Source: an uncultured Clostridia bacterium
Lineage (GTDB): Bacteria > Bacillota > Clostridia > Christensenellales > CAG-917
Assembly: GCA_963542015.1 (NCBI GenBank)
Contig: CAUTUX010000004.1
Coordinates: forward strand, 5,497 to 69,496
DNA: 64,000 nt
Direction of reading: 5' to 3'
The position numbers and the translations under genes were made by a program. The notes beneath the pieces are model-generated. The model was not told the DNA's origin. It worked only from the letters and a program-made list of their open reading frames with translations, and ran no database searches. This document shows positions 37,304-51,671 of the stretch, one piece after another (the first letter of the stretch is position 1; every line of letters begins with the position of its first letter).

Positions 37304-39943
37304 ATGAAATTCGTATATCAATTCAAAGAAGCAGCAGAATTAGAATGTGATAAGAGAGCGTTATTTGGTGGTAAGGGTGCAAACTTAGCAGAGATGACAA
37401 AGTTAGGAATGCCTGTTCCACAAGGATTTACCATTACAACAGAAGCATGTACACAGTACTACAATGATGGCGAAAAAATTAACCCATCAATTGAAGCTGA
37501 AATAATGGAAAATATTAAAAAGCTTGAAGAGATTACAGGAAAAGAATTTGGTTCAGAAGAAAATCCTTTACTCGTTTCTGTACGTTCAGGTGCAAGAGCA
37601 TCAATGCCAGGAATGATGGATACAATTTTGAATTTAGGTTTAAATGATGTTGTTGTTGAGAAGTTCGCAAAGAAAACAAACAATCCTAGATTTGCATATG
37701 ACTCATATAGAAGATTTATTCAGATGTATAGCGATGTTGTTATGGAAGTAGGTAAGAAATACTTTGAAGCTTTGATTGATAAAAAGAAAGAAGAAAAAGG
37801 TGTAAAACTTGATACAGAATTGACTGCAGAAGATTTAAAGGATTTGGCAAATGCATTTAAGGCTGAATACTTAAATAAAATTGGTAAACCATTTCCACAG
37901 GATCCAAAAGAACAACTTATGGGTGCAATTAAAGCAGTATTTAGAAGCTGGGATAATCCTAGAGCAATTTACTACAGAAGAATGAATGATATTCCTGGAG
38001 ATTGGGGAACAGCTGTCAATGTTCAAATGATGGTATTTGGTAACATGGGCAAGACTTCAGGAACTGGTGTTGCATTCTCAAGAAACCCAGCTACTGGTGA
38101 AAAAGGATTATTTGGCGAATATCTTATGAATGCTCAAGGCGAAGATGTTGTTGCTGGCGTCAGAACACCATCTCCAATCTCTAAGTTACAAAAAGAAAAC
38201 CCAGCAGCATATGATCAGTTTGTAAAAATAGTAAATAAACTTGAAAAACATTACAGAGATATGCAAGACATGGAATTTACAATTGAAGAAGGTAAATTAT
38301 TCATGTTACAAACAAGAAATGGTAAAAGAACAGCTGCAGCTGCAATGAAAATTGCATGTGATTTAGTTGATGAAAAAATGATTAAACCTAAAGATGCTGT
38401 ACTTATGCTTGATCCAAAACAATTAGATGCTTTGTTGCATCCTCAATTTGATGCTAAAGCATTAAAAGCTGCAAAGAAAATAGCATCTGCACTTCCAGCA
38501 TCTCCAGGTGCTGCAACTGGTAAAATTGTATTTACAGCACAAGATGCAACAGAATGGGTAACAGAAAGAGGTGAAAAGAAAGTTATTCTTGTAAGACTTG
38601 AAACATCTCCAGAAGATATTGAAGGAATGCATTATTCTCAAGGTATCTTGACAGTACGTGGTGGTATGACATCTCATGCAGCTGTTGTTGCAAGAGGAAT
38701 GGGAACATGCTGTGTATCTGGTTGTGGTGATATTAAAATTGATGAAGAAAATAAGACATTTGAATTAGGCGGAATGACATTCAAAGAAGGAGATTGGATT
38801 TCATTAGATGGCTCTACGGGTAATATTTATGGAGAAGAAATCCCTACAGTTCCTGCAAAATTAACTGGTGATTTCGCTAGAGTAATGGAATGGGCTGATA
38901 AGTTTAGAAAATTAAAAGTAAGAACAAATGCTGATACGCCAAAAGATGCAAAACAAGCTAAAGATTTTGGTGCTGAAGGTATTGGTTTGTGCAGAACTGA
39001 GCACATGTTCTTTGAAGAATCAAGAATTAAAGCTGTTAGAGAAATGATTTGTTCAGACACATTAGAAGGTAGAGAAAAAGCACTTGCAAAGATTTTACCA
39101 ATGCAACAGAATGATTTTGAACAGATTTATGAAACTCTTGAAGGGTTACCAGTTACAATAAGATTCTTAGATCCACCTTTACATGAATTCCTCCCAACAG
39201 ATGAAGCTGATATTGCAGATTTGGCAAATACAATGGGTAAGACTGTTGATGACATCAAAGCAATCATCAGATCTTTACATGAATTTAACCCAATGATGGG
39301 TCACAGAGGATGTAGATTATCAGTTACATATCCTGAAATCGCAGTAATGCAGACAAAAGCTGTTATTGGTGCTGCAATTAAAATTTCAGAGAAACATCCT
39401 GAATGGAAGATTGTACCTGAAATAATGATTCCACTTGTTGGTGAAGTAAAAGAATTAGCATATGTAAAGAATATAGTTACTGAAACAGCAAAGGCTATGA
39501 TTAAAGAAAATAAATCAAAACTTAAGTTCAAAATAGGTACAATGATTGAAATACCGCGTGCTGCAATCACAGCTGATGAAATTGCAACAGAAGCAGAATT
39601 CTTCTCATTTGGTACAAACGACTTAACACAGATGACATTTGGATTCAGCAGAGATGATGCTGGTAAGTTCTTAAAGGACTACTATGACAAAAAGATATAT
39701 GAATCCGATCCATTTGCAAAACTTGACCAAAAAGGTGTTGGACAGTTGATTAAAATAGCTGCAAGATTAGGAAGAGAGACAAGAAGCAATTTACACTTAG
39801 GAATCTGTGGAGAACATGGTGGTGATCCATCAACAATTGAATTCTGCCACAATGTAGGTCTTGACTATGTATCTTGCTCACCATACAGAGTACCTATCGC
39901 AAGACTTGCAGCAGCTCAGGCAGCATTAAAGAGTGCTAATTAA
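37304..39943 (+). CDS. ppdK: pyruvate, phosphate dikinase
   Basis: 879 aa with GGKGANLAEM, the phospho-His region GGMTSHAAVVARGMG, and the PEP/pyruvate domain motifs GLCRTEHMF and FFSFGTNDLTQ. Confidence 0.97.
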   Translation: MKFVYQFKEAAELECDKRALFGGKGANLAEMTKLGMPVPQGFTITTEACTQYYNDGEKINPSIEAEIMENIKKLEEITGKEFGSEENPLLVSVRSGARASMPGMMDTILNLGLNDVVVEKFAKKTNNPRFAYDSYRRFIQMYSDVVMEVGKKYFEALIDKKKEEKGVKLDTELTAEDLKDLANAFKAEYLNKIGKPFPQDPKEQLMGAIKAVFRSWDNPRAIYYRRMNDIPGDWGTAVNVQMMVFGNMGKTSGTGVAFSRNPATGEKGLFGEYLMNAQGEDVVAGVRTPSPISKLQKENPAAYDQFVKIVNKLEKHYRDMQDMEFTIEEGKLFMLQTRNGKRTAAAAMKIACDLVDEKMIKPKDAVLMLDPKQLDALLHPQFDAKALKAAKKIASALPASPGAATGKIVFTAQDATEWVTERGEKKVILVRLETSPEDIEGMHYSQGILTVRGGMTSHAAVVARGMGTCCVSGCGDIKIDEENKTFELGGMTFKEGDWISLDGSTGNIYGEEIPTVPAKLTGDFARVMEWADKFRKLKVRTNADTPKDAKQAKDFGAEGIGLCRTEHMFFEESRIKAVREMICSDTLEGREKALAKILPMQQNDFEQIYETLEGLPVTIRFLDPPLHEFLPTDEADIADLANTMGKTVDDIKAIIRSLHEFNPMMGHRGCRLSVTYPEIAVMQTKAVIGAAIKISEKHPEWKIVPEIMIPLVGEVKELAYVKNIVTETAKAMIKENKSKLKFKIGTMIEIPRAAITADEIATEAEFFSFGTNDLTQMTFGFSRDDAGKFLKDYYDKKIYESDPFAKLDQKGVGQLIKIAARLGRETRSNLHLGICGEHGGDPSTIEFCHNVGLDYVSCSPYRVPIARLAAAQAALKSAN

Positions 39944-39972
39944 GAAATTAATTACATTTAAATACTGAAATT

Positions 39973-40001
39973 AAAAGCCATTTAGTAATTAGATGGCTTT
40001 T
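39973..40001 (+). terminator. rho-independent terminator after ppdK
   Basis: aaaagccat...atggctttt is a 9-bp stem followed by T residues. Confidence 0.7.
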
Positions 40002-40025
40002 AAAATATAAAGGGATGTTATTTAC

Positions 40026-41735
40026 ATGGCAGAGGATTTTAATAGTTTTAAGCAGAATTTATTATCGAGAGTAAACTTAGCCGATGTAATAGCTGATTAT
40101 ATTCCTATTAAAAAAAAAGGTGTTAGATTTTTTGCAAAATGTCCATTTCATAATGAAAATGATGAGTCATTCTGCATAAACAGTGAAGGATATTATCACT
40201 GTTTTGGATGTCAAGCATCTGGGAATGCTATCACGTTTATAATGCAGTATGAATCAGTAAGTTTTATGGATGCCATTAAAATTTTGGCAAAAAAATATAA
40301 TGTAGATATTCCAAAATTTACAAGTAATTTTTCATCACAAGAACATTACGAACATAGTGAAACTTTAAAAAAGATAATGGATGAAACCCGTATTTTTTAT
40401 TTGGAGAATCTAAACAGTCCTGGTGCGGAAGAAGCTATTAGATATTTGGAAAGTAGAGGTATTACTCAAGAAGTAAGAAAATATTATTCAATTGGTTTGT
40501 CACCAGATAAAACATCTTTATTTAATTATTTAAATAGAAAAGGTTACCTAACAAAAGATTTACTTGATTGTGGAGTTATTACTCATTACAACACCGATTT
40601 CTTTGCCGAAAGAATTATTGTTCCAATATTTAACAGTAGGAATGAGTGTGTTGCATTTGGTGGTAGAAAATATAAAGAAGGTCACGAGGGCGGTAAATAT
40701 ATTAACAGTGGTGACACTGCATTATTTAAAAAAGGGAATATCATTTTTGGTGCAAATTACATTAGAAAAGAAAGAAGTGCACAAAATCAGATAGATGAAG
40801 TTATTTTAGTTGAAGGATATATGGATGTAATTGCATTAGGATCTGTAGGGATTAAAAATGTCGTAGCAGGAATGGGAACCGCTTTAAAGCTTTCACAGTG
40901 CAACGAAATTAAGCGTTTAGCTAGCAATGTTCTAGTTTGTTATGACGGTGATGATGCTGGACAAAAAGCAGCAACGAACAATTTGCTAAGCCTATATGAA
41001 GTAGGGTTATTTCCAAAAGTTATTACGTTGGATTATGGCTTAGATCCAGATGATACTGTTAGAAAATTTGGCAAGGAATATTTCCTTAACAAAGTAAAGT
41101 CAGCAACTGGAGCCATTGACTTTTTGATAAATCGTCAGAAAGAAGGACTTGATATTGAGAAGTATAACGATAAGATGTTATTTGCAACAAGATTGCGTGA
41201 TAATATTTTTGAAAAACTACCATCAGAAATTGCTAGTACACTCTCTCATCAAGTTTCTAAAGATTACGATATTGACATGAGTGAATTAAGTAAAATGGTA
41301 GTGGCGTCACAAGTAGTACATAAATCGTCTCTAGAAAAACAACAAGATAACCAAATTAAAGATGAACAGATCTTGTTAAAATACTTATTGATAAAGTTGC
41401 CTTTTGTAGATATAGAGCAAATAAAATTGGAATACTTTTCTGATTCATTTACTAAAGAGCTATTTAAATTTGTTTTGAGTAATTATTCGTTACCAAAAAC
41501 AGAACTTGCAAACAAGCTATATGAGACATTTCAGTCATATGGAAAAGAATTTAATGATTATACTGAAGAGTTAAATAAATTATTTCAGTCAGATACCTTT
41601 AAAGAAGAAAAAAATGAAGATACCGAGTGTCGTGATCTTCGTAATCAGGAATCGACATATAATAAAATTTTAAAGAAGTTGCATACAAGGTATAAGCAAA
41701 AAAAATTATTAGAAAAAAATATAAAAATACATTAA
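40026..41735 (+). CDS. dnaG: DNA primase
   Basis: Contains the zinc ribbon CPFHNENDESFCIN...YHCFGCQASGNAI and the TOPRIM motifs EGYMDV and YDGDDAGQKA. Confidence 0.95.
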   Translation: MAEDFNSFKQNLLSRVNLADVIADYIPIKKKGVRFFAKCPFHNENDESFCINSEGYYHCFGCQASGNAITFIMQYESVSFMDAIKILAKKYNVDIPKFTSNFSSQEHYEHSETLKKIMDETRIFYLENLNSPGAEEAIRYLESRGITQEVRKYYSIGLSPDKTSLFNYLNRKGYLTKDLLDCGVITHYNTDFFAERIIVPIFNSRNECVAFGGRKYKEGHEGGKYINSGDTALFKKGNIIFGANYIRKERSAQNQIDEVILVEGYMDVIALGSVGIKNVVAGMGTALKLSQCNEIKRLASNVLVCYDGDDAGQKAATNNLLSLYEVGLFPKVITLDYGLDPDDTVRKFGKEYFLNKVKSATGAIDFLINRQKEGLDIEKYNDKMLFATRLRDNIFEKLPSEIASTLSHQVSKDYDIDMSELSKMVVASQVVHKSSLEKQQDNQIKDEQILLKYLLIKLPFVDIEQIKLEYFSDSFTKELFKFVLSNYSLPKTELANKLYETFQSYGKEFNDYTEELNKLFQSDTFKEEKNEDTECRDLRNQESTYNKILKKLHTRYKQKKLLEKNIKIH

Positions 41736-41747
41736 AATTAAGAGGAT

Positions 41748-43235
41748 ATGATGATAGATAAAAAGAAATTAACCGCTTTAGACATTATTTTGGAAGATAA
41801 GGGTTTTCTTGTTGATAAAAAAGATGCTCAAATTAACAAAAATGAGTCTGTATCTGAATCTACAAAAGAAAATAGTAATGAAGTAGCACCTGAAAAGCAG
41901 ACAATCCAAAAACTTTTGAGTAAAATTAAAATAGATAACAAATCTGAAAGTACTAAACCTGCAAAAAAAACGAAGAAGATAAGTAAAAAAAATGCACAAA
42001 ACCGATTGAGTGAAATACCAACACTTAATACATTTATTAGTATAAGCGAAGAAAAAACTAAGGAACTTTTAAAGAACAATTTTACAGAAGCTTCTAGAAT
42101 AATAGCTGGGCAAGAAATTGCACCAGAAGGGTTCTTATTCGCAGATCTTGATTTGGATGAAATTGATAAATATGGGAAAGGAAATAAGAAGTTTCTCCAA
42201 GAGATAAAAAAATTGTATGAGACAGCAAAAGCAACAAACTCAATCACATTATCAGAAATTAATTTACGATTAGAAAAATTCTATCCAGATGTTGACGAGA
42301 TGGAATATATTTATTCAGCATTTAAGAATAAAGGCATAACAATTATTGAAGATGAAGTACCTACAAAAATAGATTTTCAAGATCCAAATATGAGTTTAGA
42401 TAGATATGTGGATGACTCTGTTAAGCTTTACTTAACTGAAATAGGACAAGTTGAACTTTTAAAAACAAAAGAACAAGAAAAAGAACTTGCCATGAGAATA
42501 GAGGCTGGAGATGAAGAAGCAAGAAAACGACTCATTGAAGCGAACTTGCGTCTTGTTGTTTCTTTAGCAAAAAAATGGACTGGTAGAGGAATGTCATTTC
42601 TTGATTTAATACAAGAAGGCAATGGCGGATTGATGAAGGCAGTTGAGAAATTCGATTATAAAAAAGAATTCAAGTTTTCAACATACGCAACCTGGTGGAT
42701 CAGACAGGCAATTACAAGAGCAATTGCAGACCAATCAAGAACTATTAGAATTCCTGTCCATATGGTCGAAACAATCAATAAGCAAGCAAGGACAATAAGA
42801 GCATTAACACAAGAATTAAATAGAGAACCAACCCAAGAAGAGATTGCAGAAAAAATGGGAATCTCAGTTGAAAAAGTTATTGAAATACAGAAAATAAATC
42901 AAGACCCACTTTCTTTAGAAACACCAATCGGAGAAGAAGATGATAGCCATATTGGTGATTTCGTTGAAGATCATTCAGCTATTTCGCCAGTTGAAGCAGC
43001 TGAGCATAAATTATTGCGTGAACGACTTATGGAAGTTTTAAAAACATTAACTGCTCGAGAAGAGAAGGTTCTCAGGTTAAGGTATGGTCTTGATGATGGA
43101 CATACAAGAACTCTTGAAGAAGTAGGACATGTATTCAATGTTACAAGAGAAAGAATAAGACAGATAGAGGCAAAAGCTATTAAAAAGCTTAAATCGCCAG
43201 CGAAGACAAAAAAATTGGAGGATTTCAATGTTTAA
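41748..43235 (+). CDS. rpoD: primary RNA polymerase sigma factor (RpoD/SigA) with a long K/E-rich N-terminal region
   Basis: Region 2 contains [19 protein letters not shown] and [14 protein letters not shown]. Region 4 contains [20 protein letters not shown]. Confidence 0.95.
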   Translation: MMIDKKKLTALDIILEDKGFLVDKKDAQINKNESVSESTKENSNEVAPEKQTIQKLLSKIKIDNKSESTKPAKKTKKISKKNAQNRLSEIPTLNTFISISEEKTKELLKNNFTEASRIIAGQEIAPEGFLFADLDLDEIDKYGKGNKKFLQEIKKLYETAKATNSITLSEINLRLEKFYPDVDEMEYIYSAFKNKGITIIEDEVPTKIDFQDPNMSLDRYVDDSVKLYLTEIGQVELLKTKEQEKELAMRIEAGDEEARKRLIEANLRLVVSLAKKWTGRGMSFLDLIQEGNGGLMKAVEKFDYKKEFKFSTYATWWIRQAITRAIADQSRTIRIPVHMVETINKQARTIRALTQELNREPTQEEIAEKMGISVEKVIEIQKINQDPLSLETPIGEEDDSHIGDFVEDHSAISPVEAAEHKLLRERLMEVLKTLTAREEKVLRLRYGLDDGHTRTLEEVGHVFNVTRERIRQIEAKAIKKLKSPAKTKKLEDFNV

Positions 43236-43851
43236 ATTGGACGAAAGATTAAAAAGAATTGCAGATCTAATTACATTTAATAGTTTTGCGGATATTGGGT
43301 GTGACCATGGCAAACTTGTTGCATATAAAAGTGAAGATTGTTCAAAAATAATTGCAACAGATATAAATGAAAAATGTCTTGCTAAAACAATTAAGCTTAT
43401 AAAAGAGAATAATTTGATGAGTAAAGTAGAAACTCGTTTAGGTAATGGACTTGATGTAATTGCAGATAACGAAGTTGAGTGTATAGTTATAGCAGGAATG
43501 GGTGGCGACTTGATTGCAGACATTATATCTGCAAATAAAAATTTTGATTGTTATATTTTATCGCCAAACACGCATCCAGAAATTGTTAGAGAAAAACTGA
43601 TACAAAAAGGATATAAAATTGATGTTGATGAAATGTTGTTCTTTAATAGAAAATGGTATCCAATAATCAAGGCAACAAAGGGCACTGATACTCTTGATAA
43701 TTTGCAAATTAAATACGGAAAATTCTATAAAACAGAGCCATCTACAATTGAATATTTAAAATATAAAAGAACTTTACTAAAGCAAATTAATAAAGACTCA
43801 TTAAATGAAGTTATTGCTGAATTGGACAATATTTTAAGTCATGTATGTTGA
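43228..43851 (+). CDS. trmK: tRNA (adenine22-N1)-methyltransferase TrmK-like
   Basis: Contains [10 protein letters not shown] and IAGMGG and holds the conserved position after rpoD. Confidence 0.8.
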   Translation: MFKLDERLKRIADLITFNSFADIGCDHGKLVAYKSEDCSKIIATDINEKCLAKTIKLIKENNLMSKVETRLGNGLDVIADNEVECIVIAGMGGDLIADIISANKNFDCYILSPNTHPEIVREKLIQKGYKIDVDEMLFFNRKWYPIIKATKGTDTLDNLQIKYGKFYKTEPSTIEYLKYKRTLLKQINKDSLNEVIAELDNILSHVC

Positions 43852-44575
43852 AGATATAATTAATCAATTAGAAAAAATCGCACCGACTGATCTTGCTGAA
43901 GAGTGGGATAATGTTGGTTTACTAATTGGTGATAGAAAAAATGAAGTTTCAGGAATACTTATTTCTTTAGATTGCGATGAAAGCACAGTAGATTTTGCGA
44001 TTAAAAACAATTTAAATTTAATAATTACACATCATCCAATAATTTTTAAAGGTCTTAAAAAAATTAGCGAATCAAATAAAAATGTAATTAAGTTAATTCA
44101 AAATAATATTTCGGTATATTCTGCACATACAAATTTCGATAATTGTAGTAGAAGTATGAACAATTACATAGCAGACAAACTGGGAGCTTTTAATATTAGA
44201 AAGGAACAGGAAGGAATTATTTTTTCAATAAAGACAACCTTACTCAAAGATTTTGCACTTAGAGTTAAAGAAATTATTTCTGAAGATATGTTAAAAATAA
44301 AGGGTGATTTAAGAAAAAATGTTTCAACTGTTTATTTGTGTACTGGATCTGGCATGAATTCTGAATCTTTTGCCCATGCTGAAGAAGTATGTGATGTCTT
44401 CGTTACATCTGAAATAAAACATAATTATTGGGTAGAAGCTAGCAAATTGGCATTAATAGAATTCTCTCATTTTTCTAGTGAATTGCCATTTGAAAGTATT
44501 GTTTATGATATACTTAAAAGTGCTGAAATACCAGTTAAAAAAGCAAATTCAAACAAACCATATAAAATTATATAA
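43841..44575 (+). CDS. Nif3-like dinuclear metal centre protein
   Basis: Contains EEWDNVGLLIGD, ITHHPIIF and YSAHTNFD. Confidence 0.85.
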   Translation: MYVEDIINQLEKIAPTDLAEEWDNVGLLIGDRKNEVSGILISLDCDESTVDFAIKNNLNLIITHHPIIFKGLKKISESNKNVIKLIQNNISVYSAHTNFDNCSRSMNNYIADKLGAFNIRKEQEGIIFSIKTTLLKDFALRVKEIISEDMLKIKGDLRKNVSTVYLCTGSGMNSESFAHAEEVCDVFVTSEIKHNYWVEASKLALIEFSHFSSELPFESIVYDILKSAEIPVKKANSNKPYKII

Positions 44576-44586
44576 GGAGCTACGAG

Positions 44587-48332
<3,746 letters not shown>

Positions 48333-48354
48333 TACATGAATGGAGAAATAAACA

Positions 48355-50283
48355 GTGGAAATTAAATTAGAAAATGGAGTGTCGTTAAGTTACTCACAAC
48401 CAAAGAAAGGTTTTGAAATTTTAAAAGATGCAAATGTACCAAATGCAAAAAGAGTTCTAGTAATGTCTGTAAATGGAGTTACTAAAGAACTCAACAGTGT
48501 TGTGAATGAAGATGCAACCATTAAGTTTTATACATTCGATGATGAAGAGGGTAAGAGGGCATATAGACATACCTGTTCTCATATTTTAGCTCAAGCTATA
48601 ACTAATATTTATCCAACTGTTAAATTGGCAATAGGACCATCTATTGAAAATGGTTTTTATTATGATTTTGATTTTTTAACATCAATTGGGCGTGAAGAAT
48701 TCGAAAAAATTGAAACTGAAATGAAGAACATTATTAAAGCAAATTTCCCAATCGAAAGATTGGAATATTCCAAAGAAGAAGCAGAAAAATATTTGATGAG
48801 TAAACAGCAAACATATAAATTAGAGTTACTTGCTGATTTGCCAGAAAATGAAGAAATTACATTTTATAAACAAGGTGAATTCCAAGATTTGTGTAGTGGT
48901 CCACATTTAACATCAACTGGAAAGATTAAAGCATTTAAGCTCACATCATTAACGGGAGCATATTGGAGAGGTTCTGAAAAAAATAAAATGCTTACAAGAA
49001 TTTATGGGACAGCATTTGAAAAAGAATCTCAACTTGATGAATATTTACAGAAACTTGAAGAAGCAAAACTTAGAGATCATAATAAATTAGGTAGAGACCT
49101 AGAATTATTTATGACTGATGAAAATATTGGTCAGGGATTAGCTCTATTGATGCCTAAAGGAGCTAAAGTAATACAAATTCTTGAGAGATTTGTTGAAGAT
49201 GAAGAAGAAAGAAGAGGGTATATCTTTACAAAAACCCCTTTACTTACAAAACCAAATTTATTTGAAACATCAGGACATCTTGCACACTATAAAGATAAAA
49301 TGTTTTGTTGTAATCCTGATACAGATGAAGAGTTATATTTGAGACCTATGACATGCCCTTTCCAATTTACAATATATAACAACGGAATTAAATCATACAG
49401 AGATTTGCCTTTAAGATACTCAGAGACTTCTACATTATTTAGAAAAGAAGCATCTGGAGAAATGCATGGACTGATAAGATTGAGACAATTTACATTGTCT
49501 GATGGTCATATAGTATGTACTAAAAAGCAGCTAGAAAGCGAATTTAAAGGTACGTTTGATTTAGTTAAATTTATGTTAGATACATTTGGTCTAACTGATG
49601 ATGTAACTTTTAGATTTTCAAGATGGGATCCAAATAATGCTAAAAAATACATTGGTACAAAAAAGGAATGGGAACATACTGAAAAAATTATGGAGAATCT
49701 CTTGAAGAAAGCTGGAATCAAGTATGAAGAAGGATGGGGAGAAGCTGCTTTCTATGGACCTAAACTTGATGTACAGTTAAAAAATGTTCATGGTAAGGAA
49801 GATACAATTATTACAATCCAAATTGACTTCGCACTAGCAAAACGATTCCAAATGACATATATAAATGAAAATGGTGAAAAATCTATTCCATACATAATTC
49901 ATAGAAGTTCAATTGGTTGCTATGAACGTACATTAGCAATGTTGATAGAAAAATATAATGGAGCTTTCCCTGTTTGGTTTGCGCCAGAACAAGTTAAGAT
50001 TTTATCCTTAACGGATAGAACGGCGGATAAAGTACTGGAATATAAAAACGAATTGCTAAAATATAATATTCGAGTAGGTACTGATCTAAGAAATGAAAAA
50101 TTAGGAAAGAAAATTAGAGATGCAAGACTTGAGAGAATTCCATATATTTTAATAGTGGGAGATGCAGAGGCAGAAAAGAATATTGTTTCTGTAAGGAATA
50201 GAGAAGCGGGAGATATGGGGACAATGTCATTAAGTGATTTTATAAAGATTATTAATGAAGATATTGTTTCGAAAAAACATTAA
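48355..50283 (+). CDS. thrS: threonyl-tRNA synthetase
   Basis: GTG start. It has a TGS N-terminus, the editing-domain HTCSHILAQA, class II motifs (FRKEASGEMHGLIRLRQFT) and an anticodon-binding C-terminus. Confidence 0.95.
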   Translation: MEIKLENGVSLSYSQPKKGFEILKDANVPNAKRVLVMSVNGVTKELNSVVNEDATIKFYTFDDEEGKRAYRHTCSHILAQAITNIYPTVKLAIGPSIENGFYYDFDFLTSIGREEFEKIETEMKNIIKANFPIERLEYSKEEAEKYLMSKQQTYKLELLADLPENEEITFYKQGEFQDLCSGPHLTSTGKIKAFKLTSLTGAYWRGSEKNKMLTRIYGTAFEKESQLDEYLQKLEEAKLRDHNKLGRDLELFMTDENIGQGLALLMPKGAKVIQILERFVEDEEERRGYIFTKTPLLTKPNLFETSGHLAHYKDKMFCCNPDTDEELYLRPMTCPFQFTIYNNGIKSYRDLPLRYSETSTLFRKEASGEMHGLIRLRQFTLSDGHIVCTKKQLESEFKGTFDLVKFMLDTFGLTDDVTFRFSRWDPNNAKKYIGTKKEWEHTEKIMENLLKKAGIKYEEGWGEAAFYGPKLDVQLKNVHGKEDTIITIQIDFALAKRFQMTYINENGEKSIPYIIHRSSIGCYERTLAMLIEKYNGAFPVWFAPEQVKILSLTDRTADKVLEYKNELLKYNIRVGTDLRNEKLGKKIRDARLERIPYILIVGDAEAEKNIVSVRNREAGDMGTMSLSDFIKIINEDIVSKKH

Positions 50284-50285
50284 TT

Positions 50286-50374
50286 TGGCGGAAGAGGAGA
50301 GATTCGAACTCTCGAAGCATTTCTGCTTACACGATTTCCAGTCGTGCGCCATAGACCAACTAGGCGACTCTTCC
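50286..50374 (-). tRNA. tRNA-Ser (anticodon GGA), with encoded CCA
   Basis: The minus strand reads GGAAGAG..CACGA-CUGGAAA-UCGUG-long variable arm-GAGAG-UUCGAAU-CUCUC-CUCUUCC-G-CCA. The cloverleaf was folded by hand. Confidence 0.9.
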
Positions 50375-50440
50375 AGACAATTAATTATATATACGATATA
50401 ATAAAAAAACAAACATTGAATAATTCTGAGATGGAGAGAT

Positions 50441-51202
50441 ATGAAAATAGCTTTTTTTATAAACAAGCAAGCAGAAACAATAGATTTTAAAGATGTAATA
50501 AAAAAAGTTAAACATGAAATAGTAATAATAAATTCAGTTAATGAGTTGGATTTATCTTTTAATGTTGTAGTCGTTTTTGGTGGTGATGGGAGTATTTTGA
50601 AAGTTGCAATAAAAGCAGCAGAACTGAATATAAGCATATTAGGAATAAATTTTGGGAATTTGGGTTTCCTAACTCAATTAAAAAAGACAGATAACCTTAT
50701 TAAAACACTGAATAATATTGAAAATATGCAGTTAAATAAACGTAGGACAATACAGTGTCTAACCAATGGTAATTATGCTCTGAATGAATTTGTTATCAAA
50801 AGCTCGTCAATTACTCCAATATATACCAAGTTGTTTATAGATGATGTGTACATAGATAATTTCCATGGTGATGGTCTAATTATCTCAACGCCAACAGGTT
50901 CTACAGCATATTCTTTGTCAGCTGGAGGACCAGTATTAGATCCTAAAGTTGAAGCAATTGCAATAGTTCCTTTGGCAGCACATTCGCTGAGGTCAAGACC
51001 ACTTGTAATATCAAATAAAGCAAAAATTAAAGTTGAAATAACTGGAGAAAATATTGTACTTGCTGTAGATGGTAAACGAATCTCTGAAAGTTCAAAATAT
51101 TTGGAATTTATAGTCCCAGATTTGAAAGTTAATTTCATAGAAACTGGTGATGACTTTTATTCGAAACTATTTTTAAAGCTTGGAGATTGGAAAAGTAACT
51201 GA
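50441..51202 (+). CDS. nadK: NAD kinase
   Basis: Contains GGDGS, NFGNLGFL and TPTGSTAYSLSAGGP. Confidence 0.9.
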   Translation: MKIAFFINKQAETIDFKDVIKKVKHEIVIINSVNELDLSFNVVVVFGGDGSILKVAIKAAELNISILGINFGNLGFLTQLKKTDNLIKTLNNIENMQLNKRRTIQCLTNGNYALNEFVIKSSSITPIYTKLFIDDVYIDNFHGDGLIISTPTGSTAYSLSAGGPVLDPKVEAIAIVPLAAHSLRSRPLVISNKAKIKVEITGENIVLAVDGKRISESSKYLEFIVPDLKVNFIETGDDFYSKLFLKLGDWKSN

Positions 51203-51209
51203 GGTGTAC

Positions 51210-51671
51210 ATGTCAAAAAATAGCAGACAAACGGATATATTAAACTTAATTAAAGAATTTGAAATTGAAAAACAGGAAGAGCTTGTTGAAAGATTAAATT
51301 CTCTTGGACACAACACAACTCAAACAACTGTTTCAAGAGATATAAATGAGTTGAAATTAATTAAAGTTAAAGCAGAAAAACGACCAGGATATAAATATAA
51401 AGAAAAACAAAATACTGAGCAAAAACAATATTTGAATGTTTTTAAGAATGTTGTTAAAGAAATAAATGCAAGTTTAAATTTAATAGTTATAAAAACAGTT
51501 GTTGGAAGTGCAAATCCCGTGGCTGCATTGCTTGATCAATTTTCATTTGAAGAAATAATCGGTGTTATAGCTGGTGATGACACTATTTTCGTAGCTGTAG
51601 ATAATCCTGATAATACAGAAAAAATAGTTTTGAAATTAAAAGAAATATTAAATAACGGAATGGTTGAGTAA
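51210..51671 (+). CDS. argR: arginine repressor
   Basis: ATG 51210 follows GAGGTG. The protein contains TQTTVSRDINELKLIKV and GVIAGDDTIFV. Confidence 0.9.
   Translation: MSKNSRQTDILNLIKEFEIEKQEELVERLNSLGHNTTQTTVSRDINELKLIKVKAEKRPGYKYKEKQNTEQKQYLNVFKNVVKEINASLNLIVIKTVVGSANPVAALLDQFSFEEIIGVIAGDDTIFVAVDNPDNTEKIVLKLKEILNNGMVE

Noticed and set aside
40110-40118. An A9 run inside dnaG (and other A/T runs in coding regions) as contingency loci.
   Set aside because: A/T homopolymers encoding Lys/Phe runs are expected at this composition. Only the G9 tract at 3802-3810 is compositionally anomalous and positioned in a promoter.
48333-48354. A T-box leader expected upstream of thrS.
   Set aside because: Only 22 nt separate the lacZ stop from the thrS GTG start, which leaves no room for a T-box.
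50230-50637. A 135-aa minus-strand ORF.
   Set aside because: It overlaps tRNA-Ser (50286-50374) and the 5' end of nadK on the opposite strand, and it has no SD or family resemblance.
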